The notes under the pieces are model-generated. The model searched no databases, was not told where the DNA came from, and worked only from the letters and a program-made list of their open reading frames with translations. The position numbers were made by a program, and so were the translations under genes. 38,144 bases of DNA from Minisyncoccota bacterium (GTDB lineage: Bacteria; Patescibacteriota; Minisyncoccia; Phycocordibacterales; UBA9973), in contig DALYDM010000004.1 in assembly GCA_031973235.1 (NCBI GenBank), positions 1-38,144 on the forward strand. The letters are read 5' to 3'. This document shows positions 17,951 to 28,141 of the stretch, piece by piece. The first letter of the stretch is position 1. Each line of letters begins with the position of its first letter.

Positions 17951-19534
17951 ATGACAAAGATCTTTAAAAAGTTGATTCTTATGGCCTGTGTGGTTGTGAG
18001 TATCTCGTCCACCGTGGACGCACAGCGCCCAAAGGGGCACAAGTGGTACAAAGGGTCATCCGCAACAAAAGAGTGGATGATGTCTCAGTACAACGGACAA
18101 GAAGTTTGGTCTCCGCTTTGGAATATTTCTAAAGACGAGGCCATAAAAGCCCATTTATTTAATCTAACTCAATCATTTAAAATGCTTGGGGTAGATAAAA
18201 AAATTGAGACCGGTCATCTTGTATGGATGATCGAAAACAGTGTTGTTGAAACTGTTCCAGGTGGAACAATTTTTACAAACACACTCGTTAAAGATGATGG
18301 AGTTGCGGTGTCGTTTGTTGATACTGTTACAGAAGACGGAGAAAAATTTTTCGTGACCGAATACAAAGGTACAAAAATCGCATGGGCGAAAGCCACATGC
18401 CTCCAGTCCACGGTTTTGGTTCAAGGAAAAATAACTCCTGAATCAAAACCAGCAACAGAAACACAAACAACTTACACTTATGCGTCAACACCAGAAGTGA
18501 ATGTGTATGATGGAGATGTAAACGTTGAGGCCCCAATCGTAAATGTAATTGATTCAACCGGTGATACTTATGTTACCAACAATTACTACCAACAATCTGA
18601 TGATCGGCAATATCAACAACCGCAACCTTATTATGGTTCTGGTTATGGTAATGCTGGGGTGTATGCCCAAGCATCGATTGGCTGGGGGGTGCAGCAACCA
18701 TTTTGTGGTAATACATGGGGTAACTCAATGTATTATGGACCACGTGGTGGTGGCGGTGTTGTGTGTGGTGGCGGATCTTCAAACAATCAGCCTGTAAATG
18801 TTTACGTTGATGTGTATAACAATAATGTGAACAACAACACCAATAACAACAATATCGACATTGATATTCAGGATCCGCATGTGTATCATCCACCAACAGG
18901 TGGAGGTCCTGTTGATCCGGGTCCTGGTGACCCTCCAGTTGACGGAGGTGGTGTGGGTGATGGGCCAATTGACCCAGAGTCACGATTCAACAGAAATGTT
19001 GGCATGACGAGAAAATCTACACCAAATGTTGCGTACAACACTTCTTCAAGAAGTAATCGAGTTGTTCAGCGACAAACATCATCACAACCAGCTTCTTCAA
19101 ACAGTGGTGCAGTAAGCACTCCTGTAAGAGATGTGAGGAGTACTCGCAGTAATGGTGTGAGAGGTAATACTCAAACAACATCAACACCTGCACCGGTTCG
19201 TACTGCACCGCAACAGCAAAACTCTGAGGCAAAACCTCGAATGTTTGCGAGTCGTGCTGCAAACGAACGAAGCAGTGGAAATACTTCACCTGCACAAAGT
19301 CGCACTGGGAATTCTCAACCGAGATACAACCAGCAACAACGTGCGGGCGGTCAAAGTAATTACCAACAGCGCTCACCTCAACAACAGGTTTCAACAGCAC
19401 CGCGACAAAATTCTCAACCCCGTCAAACGATGAGTCAATCTCGTCCAATGGGTGGAGGAAGTCGCCCGACGGGAAACATGAACCGTGGAGGCAACAATGC
19501 AAGATCTGCTGGTGCTGGGTTTGCCAGACGCTAA
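17951..19534 (+). CDS. Secreted protein with a long low-complexity, probably disordered C-terminal half
   Basis: Signal peptide ...STVDA-Q, about 130-aa globular region, then successive Y/G/Q-, N-, G/P- and R/S/Q-rich tracts. Confidence 0.75.
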   Translation: MTKIFKKLILMACVVVSISSTVDAQRPKGHKWYKGSSATKEWMMSQYNGQEVWSPLWNISKDEAIKAHLFNLTQSFKMLGVDKKIETGHLVWMIENSVVETVPGGTIFTNTLVKDDGVAVSFVDTVTEDGEKFFVTEYKGTKIAWAKATCLQSTVLVQGKITPESKPATETQTTYTYASTPEVNVYDGDVNVEAPIVNVIDSTGDTYVTNNYYQQSDDRQYQQPQPYYGSGYGNAGVYAQASIGWGVQQPFCGNTWGNSMYYGPRGGGGVVCGGGSSNNQPVNVYVDVYNNNVNNNTNNNNIDIDIQDPHVYHPPTGGGPVDPGPGDPPVDGGGVGDGPIDPESRFNRNVGMTRKSTPNVAYNTSSRSNRVVQRQTSSQPASSNSGAVSTPVRDVRSTRSNGVRGNTQTTSTPAPVRTAPQQQNSEAKPRMFASRAANERSSGNTSPAQSRTGNSQPRYNQQQRAGGQSNYQQRSPQQQVSTAPRQNSQPRQTMSQSRPMGGGSRPTGNMNRGGNNARSAGAGFARR

Positions 19535-19548
19535 GAATCAGCTCTACA

Positions 19549-19589
19549 GAAGGGATCCTTATCCAAGGATTTGGATCCCTTTCATTTTT
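19549..19589 (+). terminator. Intrinsic terminator
   Basis: AAGGGATCC...GGATCCCTT followed by TCATTTTT. Confidence 0.7.
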
Positions 19590-19669
19590 AAGTGCTTAAT
19601 ACAATATTATTGAGCCTTTAAAAATGTACGGGAGACGTACAGAAATTATAAATTGTGAAAAAAATTTTT

Positions 19670-21943
19670 ATGAAAAATAATACACAGACAAAATCATATG
19701 TCGGCATGCTCGCGATTCTTTTCTTCGCGGTATTCGGAGTTTCTGTAGTGTCTGCTGATACTATAAATACAGCATTCAACACCGATCCTTCTGATCGTGC
19801 CACAATTCGAGTGACAAACTACACTCAAAACCCAGGTTCAACTGGATGTTGGGCAACCTCAATTCCAGGATCAAGTCCTCAAACAGGATGTTCAAACCAA
19901 ACTCTCCAAGCCGGAGATCTCGTTTCGGTTGCAATTTATTATCACAATACTGGATCACAAACTGCTGCAAACACACGAGTGAAGCTCAATAGTCCAAGTG
20001 GAACAAGTACCTCACACACATTTTCTGGTGGAGTGCTTGCAAACAATGCTTCATATAAATCAAGTTCAGCGACAGTGAATATTTCAAGTTCACAATCACT
20101 GACATACCAAGGATGTTTTTGGTATCCAAACCAAACACAATCAGCGCAAAACTGTCCTTCAAGTGGAAATGATGTGTTTTCATCAAATGGACTTTCTATT
20201 GGAAATGTTGCACCAGGATGGTCAACACAAGGTTCAGTGGTAATCCGTTTTCGAGTAAGTAACAATACCACAAACCCAACTACCTACGAATGTAACGATG
20301 GACAAGATAATGATGGAGATGGTGATACCGACTATCCATCTGATGCAGGTTGTTCTTCATCATCTGATAATTCAGAAAATTCTGACGTAAACAACAGTTC
20401 GTCTCCCGACGTAGACACTCGACCTGCGACTGATGTAAATAAGTACACAGCACGCATGAATGGTTATATTGATGCAAACAACACATATGCATATTACTGG
20501 TTTGAGTACGGAGAAAATTCATTTTCAAACCGCACCGCTGATTCCTCAGCTGCATATGGAACATCATACCCATCATATTATTTGACTGGACTAAATGATG
20601 ACACAGAATACAAATATCAATTGTGCGCAAAAAATTCTAACACTTCACGTGTGTGTGGTGGAGTAGAATATTTCACAACTATTGATGACAATGGAAATGG
20701 TGGAGGATCATCATCAGATGGTGAACCCTCAGTCACCACACTCTCTGCAGACGATGTTGAAGAAGACGAAGCGCTTCTTCAAGGTGAAGCAGATCCAAAT
20801 GGTGATGCACTTACTTCAGTATGGTTTGAATATGGAGAAGATGAAGATGATTTAGACGAAACAGTCTATGTCTCATCATCTAACTATGATGATAATGAAG
20901 ATACAGATACAGTAGACTTCGATAAGAAGATTACTGGACTTGATAATGATACAAGATACTACTTCCGAGCATGTGCAGAAAACTCTGAAGGAGAAGATTG
21001 TGGTTCTATTAGATCATTTACTACAGATGATAATGGTGGAAGTAATAATAATTCAAATGATCCATCTGTTTCTACGACTCCCGCTACTTCGGTTGGGTCA
21101 ACATACGCACGCCTAAATGGAATTGTTGATACAGGTTCTGATGACGACACAGAAGCATGGTTTGAATGGGGAACAAATACAAGTACTTCATTTAACACAA
21201 ACAAGATTGATGCAATAGATGGATCACGAATCGGAGACGATACGTATTCATACGGAATCACTATTACAAATCTTGCACCAAACACACTTTATTATTTCCG
21301 AGCAGTTGCTGAGAATGATGAAGGCGATGATACAGGAAATATTTACTCATTCCGAACACTTGCAGAATCTGTACCTGTTCAACCAACAATCGTGTACAAC
21401 ACTGTAGTTGGTGGAGGAAGTGGAGTAGGTCAATCTCTTGTTATGCTTGAAATCACTTCACGTGACTCATCAGTAGTTCCAGGTGATCTCGTTTCGTACG
21501 AAGTTCGTTATAAGAACATTAGTGGTAAGACACTAAAAGATACTGTTCTAAGTATTCAATTTCCACAAGATATTGAATATATCGACAGTACAGAAGGTGA
21601 TTATTCTGTAAGAGATAATGCACTTACGCTTGACCTAGGAACACTTGAAGCAAACGAAGAAGATGAATTCAGAATTGACGCACGAGTTTCTAGTGCTGCA
21701 GTGATTGGCGACTTGCTTACTACGAGTGCAACAATGGCATTCACTACTCCTTCAGGAGCACAAGAAGATGCTGTTGCGTATGCACTTCATGATGTGGTAA
21801 GTGGAAGAAGTGCACTTGCAGGACTTGCACTCTTTGGGTTCGATGGGTTTCTCCCAGGAACACTTATTGGATGGCTTATCCTTATACTTCTTATCGTAGC
21901 GATTATCGTTATTATTCGAAGAGCGTTTGGGCCACGAGTGTAA
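19670..21943 (+). CDS. Large modular cell-surface protein (DUF11-like domains, Cys-Asp motif, 3 FN3-like repeats, C-terminal TM)
   Basis: Signal peptide; CNDGQDNDGDGDTDYPSDAGC; three P.V.T..A..V....A.(L/M).G...WFE(Y/W)G repeats; VVPGDLVSYEVRYKN; TM GWLILILLIVAIIVII-RR. Confidence 0.85.
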   Translation: MKNNTQTKSYVGMLAILFFAVFGVSVVSADTINTAFNTDPSDRATIRVTNYTQNPGSTGCWATSIPGSSPQTGCSNQTLQAGDLVSVAIYYHNTGSQTAANTRVKLNSPSGTSTSHTFSGGVLANNASYKSSSATVNISSSQSLTYQGCFWYPNQTQSAQNCPSSGNDVFSSNGLSIGNVAPGWSTQGSVVIRFRVSNNTTNPTTYECNDGQDNDGDGDTDYPSDAGCSSSSDNSENSDVNNSSSPDVDTRPATDVNKYTARMNGYIDANNTYAYYWFEYGENSFSNRTADSSAAYGTSYPSYYLTGLNDDTEYKYQLCAKNSNTSRVCGGVEYFTTIDDNGNGGGSSSDGEPSVTTLSADDVEEDEALLQGEADPNGDALTSVWFEYGEDEDDLDETVYVSSSNYDDNEDTDTVDFDKKITGLDNDTRYYFRACAENSEGEDCGSIRSFTTDDNGGSNNNSNDPSVSTTPATSVGSTYARLNGIVDTGSDDDTEAWFEWGTNTSTSFNTNKIDAIDGSRIGDDTYSYGITITNLAPNTLYYFRAVAENDEGDDTGNIYSFRTLAESVPVQPTIVYNTVVGGGSGVGQSLVMLEITSRDSSVVPGDLVSYEVRYKNISGKTLKDTVLSIQFPQDIEYIDSTEGDYSVRDNALTLDLGTLEANEEDEFRIDARVSSAAVIGDLLTTSATMAFTTPSGAQEDAVAYALHDVVSGRSALAGLALFGFDGFLPGTLIGWLILILLIVAIIVIIRRAFGPRV

Positions 21944-21951
21944 TTCACTCT

Positions 21952-21991
21952 AAATAAAAAAACCTCGCACATGTGCGAGGTTTTTTTATTT
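21952..21991. terminator. Terminator, perfect 40-bp palindrome
   Basis: AAATAAAAAAACCTCGCACA|TGTGCGAGGTTTTTTTATTT. Confidence 0.85.
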
Positions 21992-22007
21992 GTGATAGAG
22001 TCGTGAG

Positions 22008-22460
22008 ATGGAGCAAATCTATAAAGAAAATGAGTTGCATGTAGTTGCACAAAATATTGTTCGCGAACTTCGTTCGTTTGATCGGTCTCGTGCAATATTG
22101 GTGAGCCTCTCTGGTGATCTTGGTGCTGGGAAAACAACACTTGTACAAGAGATTTCTAAAATTCTTGGAATTAAAGAAACAGTTGTTTCTCCAACCTATG
22201 TCATTATGAAAAAATACAATATTGAAAATGATGATACATTCAAAAAACTTATTCATATCGATGCGTATAGACTTGGTGGAGATGAAGAGCTTTCTCGACT
22301 AGGGTGGAGTGATTTTGTTGAAGATCCACATAGTATTGTCATGGTGGAGTGGCCAGAAAAAGTTCCAGGAATTACAAGAAACCCGGATTTTTCGATATCC
22401 CTTACACATCACAATGATGATTCGCGCAAGATGGTCATGGTTAGGTATACTAAAGAGTAA
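22008..22460 (+). CDS. tsaE: tRNA t6A biosynthesis ATPase TsaE
   Basis: LSGDLGAGKTT, VVSPTY, HIDAYRL, VEW. Confidence 0.96.
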   Translation: MEQIYKENELHVVAQNIVRELRSFDRSRAILVSLSGDLGAGKTTLVQEISKILGIKETVVSPTYVIMKKYNIENDDTFKKLIHIDAYRLGGDEELSRLGWSDFVEDPHSIVMVEWPEKVPGITRNPDFSISLTHHNDDSRKMVMVRYTKE

Positions 22461-24844
22461 TGGCAAACAAAGAACGAAAAACATTAGTACTATTAGATTC
22501 ACATGCAATAATTCATCGTGCATATCATGCACTCCCTCAGTTTGTTTCATCAAAAGGAATTCCTACAGGTGCACTGTATGGAGTTTCTACAATGTTGATG
22601 AAAATAATTACAGATCTCTCGCCTGAGTATATTGTTGCGTGTTATGACTTACCACAAAAGACATTTCGGCATGAGGCATATGATGGATATAAAGCAGGAC
22701 GAGTGCAGGCAGACGATGCGCTTATTTCACAATTAAAGGAATCAAGAAATATTTTTAATGCTTTTCATGTTCCAATGTATGATGCACCTGGTTTTGAAGC
22801 AGATGACATGCTTGGGACAATTGTGTCTCAAGTTTTAGAGAATGAAAAGAATGTCGACATAATTATTGCATCAGGAGATATGGACACACTTCAGCTTGTT
22901 GTTGGTGAGCGAGTGAAAGTGTTCACTTTGAAAAAGGGCATAAATGACACAATTTTATATGATGAAAAAGGTGTAATAGAACGTTTCGGATTTTCACCAA
23001 AACTTCTTGTCGATTACAAAGGTCTTCGTGGTGATCCCTCAGATAACATTATTGGTGTAAAAGGTATTGGTGAAAAGACGGCGACGACACTCATCACAGA
23101 GTTTGGCACAATAGAAAATATTTTTAAGGCACTAAAGTCAAACAACCCAAAACTCAAAGAAGTTGGTATTACTGATCGAATCAAAAATCTTCTTTTAGAA
23201 AATGAGGAAGAAGCACTCTTTTCAAAAACTCTTGCAACAATTCGTCGTGATGCACCTATTTCGTTTGTGTTGCCTACACCATTTAGAGAGCACCTTGATG
23301 TTTCAAAAGTCGAAGCACTTTTTCGAGAGTATGAATTTAAGAGTCTCATACCAAAAGTATCATTGATAAAAAATGGGAAAGGTGGCGAAGTCGGATTAAT
23401 ATATGAAGATTCAAAATCGAGTACTGTGCCAGAAATGACTGATTCTGAATTGGCTCATTTGTCGATAATGATGTGGTTGCTTAATTCAGACAAAACCCAA
23501 ATTACACCAGCTGATATTTTTGCATACACAAACACTCACTCGCTCGAATCTGCTCGAAGTGTGTTACAAAAGGAAATCGACGAAGCAAAAATGACGTACG
23601 TGTACGAAAAAATTGAAATGCCACTTATGCCAGTGATTAAAGAAATGGAAACTACTGGTATTGCGCTTGATGTTTCGTATTTGAAACAACTCGGTTCACA
23701 GTATCATGCTGAGCTTTCACGGTACGAGAAAAAAATCTGGGAATTTGCCGGAAGAGAGTTTAATATAAACTCTCCAAAACAATTAGGAGAAATACTTTTT
23801 GATGAGATGAAGTTGACCGCAAAAGGACTGAAGAAAACCGAAGGCGGTGCTCGCTCTACAAGAGAAAGTGAGCTAGAAAAATTGAAAGAAAGTCATCCGA
23901 TTATAGAAGAGATTTTTCGATATCGCGAACTTCAAAAACTTCTTTCGACATATATTGATACTTTGCCACTTTTGGTTGGTGAAGACAGTCGTCTCCATGC
24001 ACGCTTCAATCAAGCAGGTACAACAACTGGACGCTTTTCATCTTCGGATCCAAACCTGCAAAATATTCCAGTAAAAACAGAGCTCGGTAAAAAAATCAGA
24101 GATGCATTTATTGCAAAAGATGGATACAGTCTTGTGTCATTTGATTATTCTCAAATTGAACTTAGAATCGCAGCACTATTGTCTCAAGATGAATTCTTGA
24201 CTCGTGTGTTTGTCGAAGGAAAGGATGTCCACTCGGCTGTTGCAATGAAAGTGTTTGGTGTTGGGGAAGGGGAGGTTACTCAAGAAATGAGACGTCGTGC
24301 AAAGGTTATAAACTTCGGAATTCTTTATGGAATGGGAGTAAACGCCCTGAAAGATGCACTCGGAACAGACAGAAAAGAAGCTCAGGTTTTTTATGATAAT
24401 TATTTTGTGCAATTTCCTAGAATACAAGGATATCTCGATTCTGTGATTGAAGGAGTTAAGAAAAATGGTTACTCTACAACACTGTTCGGTAGAAGAAGAT
24501 ATTTTCCTGGAATCAAATCTCCACTGCCTTTTATTAAGGCGATGGCTGAGAGAATGGCTATCAATGCTCCTATTCAAGGCACAAGTGCAGACCTGATCAA
24601 GATCGCAATTGTGAAAGTTCATGACTACTTACAAAATGAGAAACTATTGGATGATGTGCGTCTTGTTCTGCAGGTTCATGATGAGCTTGTGTTTGAGGTG
24701 AAAAATGGATGTGATCAAAAAGTGTTAAAAATGATTGAAACAATAATGCAAGAATGTATCCCCGACGAGTATGTGTCTGATTTGGTCAAAGTACCACTTG
24801 AGGTACATGTTGCGCATGGTCGAAATTGGGGGGAGTTAAAGTAG
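22460..24844 (+). CDS. polA: DNA polymerase I (5'-3' exonuclease and polymerase domains; no recognisable 3'-5' exonuclease)
   Basis: GFEADD, GDMDTLQL, GDPSDNIIGV, DYSQIELR, RRRAKVINFGILYG, QVHDEL. Confidence 0.97.
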   Translation: MANKERKTLVLLDSHAIIHRAYHALPQFVSSKGIPTGALYGVSTMLMKIITDLSPEYIVACYDLPQKTFRHEAYDGYKAGRVQADDALISQLKESRNIFNAFHVPMYDAPGFEADDMLGTIVSQVLENEKNVDIIIASGDMDTLQLVVGERVKVFTLKKGINDTILYDEKGVIERFGFSPKLLVDYKGLRGDPSDNIIGVKGIGEKTATTLITEFGTIENIFKALKSNNPKLKEVGITDRIKNLLLENEEEALFSKTLATIRRDAPISFVLPTPFREHLDVSKVEALFREYEFKSLIPKVSLIKNGKGGEVGLIYEDSKSSTVPEMTDSELAHLSIMMWLLNSDKTQITPADIFAYTNTHSLESARSVLQKEIDEAKMTYVYEKIEMPLMPVIKEMETTGIALDVSYLKQLGSQYHAELSRYEKKIWEFAGREFNINSPKQLGEILFDEMKLTAKGLKKTEGGARSTRESELEKLKESHPIIEEIFRYRELQKLLSTYIDTLPLLVGEDSRLHARFNQAGTTTGRFSSSDPNLQNIPVKTELGKKIRDAFIAKDGYSLVSFDYSQIELRIAALLSQDEFLTRVFVEGKDVHSAVAMKVFGVGEGEVTQEMRRRAKVINFGILYGMGVNALKDALGTDRKEAQVFYDNYFVQFPRIQGYLDSVIEGVKKNGYSTTLFGRRRYFPGIKSPLPFIKAMAERMAINAPIQGTSADLIKIAIVKVHDYLQNEKLLDDVRLVLQVHDELVFEVKNGCDQKVLKMIETIMQECIPDEYVSDLVKVPLEVHVAHGRNWGELK

Positions 24845-24893
24845 TATTTTGGTGTGTGTACTCCTTTGTGTCATCGGGGTATACTATAACCAT

Positions 24894-25394
24894 ATGGAAC
24901 ATACCAACGAACTATCTCAAAATAACAAAGCTATTAAAAAAGCAAGCGTACACCATGTGTTAGCTCAGTCGTATTTTTTGTTTTTTATTGCAGTCATATC
25001 TGGGCTGTTTTTGAATATGATTTTTCCGATTGAAATCAGCAATACACACCCACCGCAAATGTACGGCATTGCCTTTTTGCTTGTTGGTACGTATTTAATA
25101 ATTTGGGCACAGCAAACTTCACGAAAGGGAACATCAGAAAGACGAGAAATACATTCTTTAACACACGAACATTTCTTGAGAGGTCCGTATAAATATTTTA
25201 GAAGCCCAACACATATTGGGCTCACATTGCTTGTCTTTGGATATGGACTTATTTCAAACGCTCTCTTTGTTGTTGTTACAACTTTGATATTTGCAGTTGT
25301 GAGTAGGTTTGTATATGTTAAAAAAGAAGAAAAAATTCTTGAAGAAAAATACGGCAACTCATATTCTGAATATAAGAAAAAAGTAAGAATGTAA
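24894..25394 (+). CDS. Isoprenylcysteine carboxyl methyltransferase / PEMT-family membrane methyltransferase
   Basis: TM helices, GPYKYFRSPTHIG, and EEKILEEKYGNSYSEYKKKV. Confidence 0.85.
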   Translation: MEHTNELSQNNKAIKKASVHHVLAQSYFLFFIAVISGLFLNMIFPIEISNTHPPQMYGIAFLLVGTYLIIWAQQTSRKGTSERREIHSLTHEHFLRGPYKYFRSPTHIGLTLLVFGYGLISNALFVVVTTLIFAVVSRFVYVKKEEKILEEKYGNSYSEYKKKVRM

Positions 25395-25398
25395 TTGT

Positions 25399-26103
25399 AT
25401 GATTTTTGTACTCACAGGAAACAATCATCAACTTAAGCATAAAGAATTAGAATCCATTATTTCAACACACGGAGGAAGTAATTCTTTTTTTGTAATGTCG
25501 TTTGATGAAGAGCAACCACTTAATGTATTACAAGAAGCACTTCGCTCCGAAGATATTTTTGGAAAACCATTGTTTCTAAAAATTACTGTTGAGGATATAA
25601 AAAAATACATTGATGAATTAAAAAATCCACTTAGTCGATTTAGAGATTCAAACGATGTGTGTGTAGTCATCGCCTCGTCGCTCACAAAACCTGAAAAGAC
25701 TTTTTTTGAAAAATACAATGCAGTGATAAAGGAGTATAGTATTATCAAAAAAAAGGAATCACCACTTGTGTTTGCATTGACTGACGCACTTATAAGAAAA
25801 GATAAAAAGAACGCATGGATAATTTTTCAGCGTCTAAAAAATCAAAATGTATCCGCTGAAGAAATTCATGGAACACTATGGTGGCAATGGAAAACTCTAG
25901 CACTGGTGTCGGGCAAAGAAAAAGTATTGGCAAAAAAAACAATATCACCGTATGTGTTTTCAAAAAGTGAATCAGCAATGAAATTGTTTTCACAAGAAGA
26001 AGTACTAAACAATATACATATGTTGATGAGCATGTTTCAAGAGTCTCGACGTGGTGTAAGTAATTTGTTTCATCAATTAGAATTATTTATTCTTACTTAT
26101 TAA
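25399..26103 (+). CDS. holA: DNA polymerase III delta subunit-like protein (shortened)
   Basis: MIFVLTG start, SEDIFG, VFALTDAL...KKNAW, PYVFSK, QLELFIL. Confidence 0.7.
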   Translation: MIFVLTGNNHQLKHKELESIISTHGGSNSFFVMSFDEEQPLNVLQEALRSEDIFGKPLFLKITVEDIKKYIDELKNPLSRFRDSNDVCVVIASSLTKPEKTFFEKYNAVIKEYSIIKKKESPLVFALTDALIRKDKKNAWIIFQRLKNQNVSAEEIHGTLWWQWKTLALVSGKEKVLAKKTISPYVFSKSESAMKLFSQEEVLNNIHMLMSMFQESRRGVSNLFHQLELFILTY

Positions 26104-26131
26104 AAGCGCGCCAAAAAATTGGTGCGTTTTT
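26102..26131 (+). terminator. Terminator after the holA-like gene
   Basis: AAAAGCGCGCCAA-AAAA-TTGGTGCGTTTTT, with G-U pairs on the plus strand. Confidence 0.7.
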
Positions 26132-26486
26132 ACATGCATATAAAAAAAGACCCTGCGTGCATCACGAGAGTTTTTTGTGTGGTGCAGGCAGAGCCTTATG
26201 GTGTGTCTCCTTAGTAGAGACGAGAATGCGAGTTGGTGTTTTATTTTAAGTTGTGTTCACAAAAGAACAGGGTAACGATGACGATGTGGTCATCAGAAAG
26301 AACTAATGGCTTGAAAATATCTTTTCGTTTAAATGATCAAATTATCTCTTGATCGAGAGTTGAAAAGTGTTTTCTAAGATCCGCTTAATTTAAGTATTAC
26401 ATATCCCAGATAGGACGCAAGTAGTCTCGTGTGGAAAACAAACACCTTTATAAGAAAGACTAAAGAAGCTTATAATATAAGGCTAA

Positions 26487-27614
26487 TTAGTGATGGTGGT
26501 GATGTGAATGAGGTCTGTGTGCGTGTAAATCAATTTTTCCTACAAGCATCATCGTTGAAATAAATGTAGTAAAGGGAACCGCCAGTATGACACCAATTGA
26601 ACCAATAACAATTCTGATTATTTCGGTTGCAAAAATTTCACGGTTTACAATCATGGTAAATGGAAGATTTGTAGCATGAACAAAAAACAAAAGTAATGGC
26701 AATGCTGCCCCTACATATGCGATAGCAAGTGTGTCTACAAGTGCGCCGATGTGTTCTCGTCCAATTCTTAAAACTTTTTTGTATACTTCTTTTTTTGAGA
26801 GTGATGGGTTTGTGTGGTGAATTTCTTCAACCGCAATCGCTTGACTAATTGCTGCATCATAAAGCGTTCCAAGTAATCCGATCAAAATTGCACCAAGAAG
26901 TAATCCAGAAAAATCGAGTGTTCCACCTGTGTTGAAGTTTAGGTATATTGCTTCTTCTTCTGCGAATCCGGTAAGTCGCGTTGACTGAACAGCAATGGTT
27001 GCAAGAATTCCTGTGATTACAATTGTTGAAATCATTCCGATAACCGCAGTGGTTGTTGTTCGATTAAATCCGTGTGTAATATATGAACCAAGAATGATGA
27101 TAAGTGATGATACACCAATCGATAAAAGTACTGGAGATATTCCATTTAAAAGTCCAGGAAGAAGTATGTAGAAAATAAGTGCAAGACTCCCAATCAAACT
27201 TACGAGTCCGCGAACTCCTTGTTTTCCTCCAAAAATAATTGTGACCAACACAAAGAGTCCAACAAAAATTAATAGTGAGTTAAGTCTGTATGGATCAGCA
27301 ACTGAAAAAAAGTCGCTTCCGTCTGTGCGGACTGTGTGATTTAGGAAAAAAGTTTCACCTTCAGCGAGTTGGATATAGTCATTTGAAAAAGTGGTAATAA
27401 CATTTTTTTTATCACCACTGATAATTTTTACCTGTATTTCCTGAGTTGGATTAGTAACTTTTGTTGCGGCTATTTCTTGTGAGTCAGTTGAAATAACTTT
27501 TAGTACTTGTGCTTTGTATGTCGTTGTAACGTCTTCAACAATTTCTTGCGAGTGAATGGTATGAGGGAAGATAAAGTGCAATAGGATCGCTGCAAATAAA
27601 AATTTCTTTTTCAT
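26487..27614 (-). CDS. YibE/F-family membrane protein with His-rich C-terminus
   Basis: KQGVRGLVSL, LIGLLGTLYD, GREHIGALVDTLAIAYVGAALPL; ends HAHRPHSHHHHH. Confidence 0.9.
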   Translation of the reverse strand: MKKKFLFAAILLHFIFPHTIHSQEIVEDVTTTYKAQVLKVISTDSQEIAATKVTNPTQEIQVKIISGDKKNVITTFSNDYIQLAEGETFFLNHTVRTDGSDFFSVADPYRLNSLLIFVGLFVLVTIIFGGKQGVRGLVSLIGSLALIFYILLPGLLNGISPVLLSIGVSSLIIILGSYITHGFNRTTTTAVIGMISTIVITGILATIAVQSTRLTGFAEEEAIYLNFNTGGTLDFSGLLLGAILIGLLGTLYDAAISQAIAVEEIHHTNPSLSKKEVYKKVLRIGREHIGALVDTLAIAYVGAALPLLLFFVHATNLPFTMIVNREIFATEIIRIVIGSIGVILAVPFTTFISTMMLVGKIDLHAHRPHSHHHHH

Positions 27615-27618
27615 GCTA

Positions 27619-28137
27619 TTACTTAGATACTTTTTTTGATACAAAATAGATGACACTAAGTGTAAAGAAAAGGATGAATGCCATTAGTGGTATTGTCATA
27701 AATCCAAATTCAAACACAAATCTTTGTGTGCAGGATGCATTTGCGTCACATGGAATTGCTGGTGTTCCACCAAAATAGAGATAGTTGTGATAGAGCGAAA
27801 AGAGACCTCCAATCAGTGAAAGAGCAAATGAATAGGGAAGAATATTTACATCTTTCTTTTTTAATGCCACCCCGAAAAGAATTGCCTGAGGATAAATAAA
27901 GATTCGCTGAATCCAGCAAAGTGTACATGGTACAAAACCTACAATTTCAGAATAATAAAGACTTGCAAGTATTGATACAAAGGAAACCACAAAACCAATT
28001 TCAAGCATACGGCTTGAGACAAAGTGAAGCACCTTGTCTTCATTTTTGTTCCGTATTGCTTTTATTAGGACAAACAATGATAATCCAAACAAAACGATTC
28101 CTCCAATTGAAAGTAGTGTGTTTATAAATTCAGTCAT
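27619..28137 (-). CDS. Disulfide bond formation protein DsbB/BdbC family
   Basis: GFVPCTLCWIQRIF (CxxC) plus a second Cys pair PCDANASC. Confidence 0.9.
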   Translation of the reverse strand: MTEFINTLLSIGGIVLFGLSLFVLIKAIRNKNEDKVLHFVSSRMLEIGFVVSFVSILASLYYSEIVGFVPCTLCWIQRIFIYPQAILFGVALKKKDVNILPYSFALSLIGGLFSLYHNYLYFGGTPAIPCDANASCTQRFVFEFGFMTIPLMAFILFFTLSVIYFVSKKVSK

Positions 28138-28141
28138 TGAA

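Noticed and set aside
18820-18860. AAC/AAT trinucleotide run
   Set aside because: Encodes the poly-Asn tract of the 527-aa protein; imperfect, so not a contingency repeat.
22460-24844. PolA lacking the 3'-5' exonuclease domain as a novelty
   Set aside because: Loss or degeneration of this domain is common in bacterial PolA.
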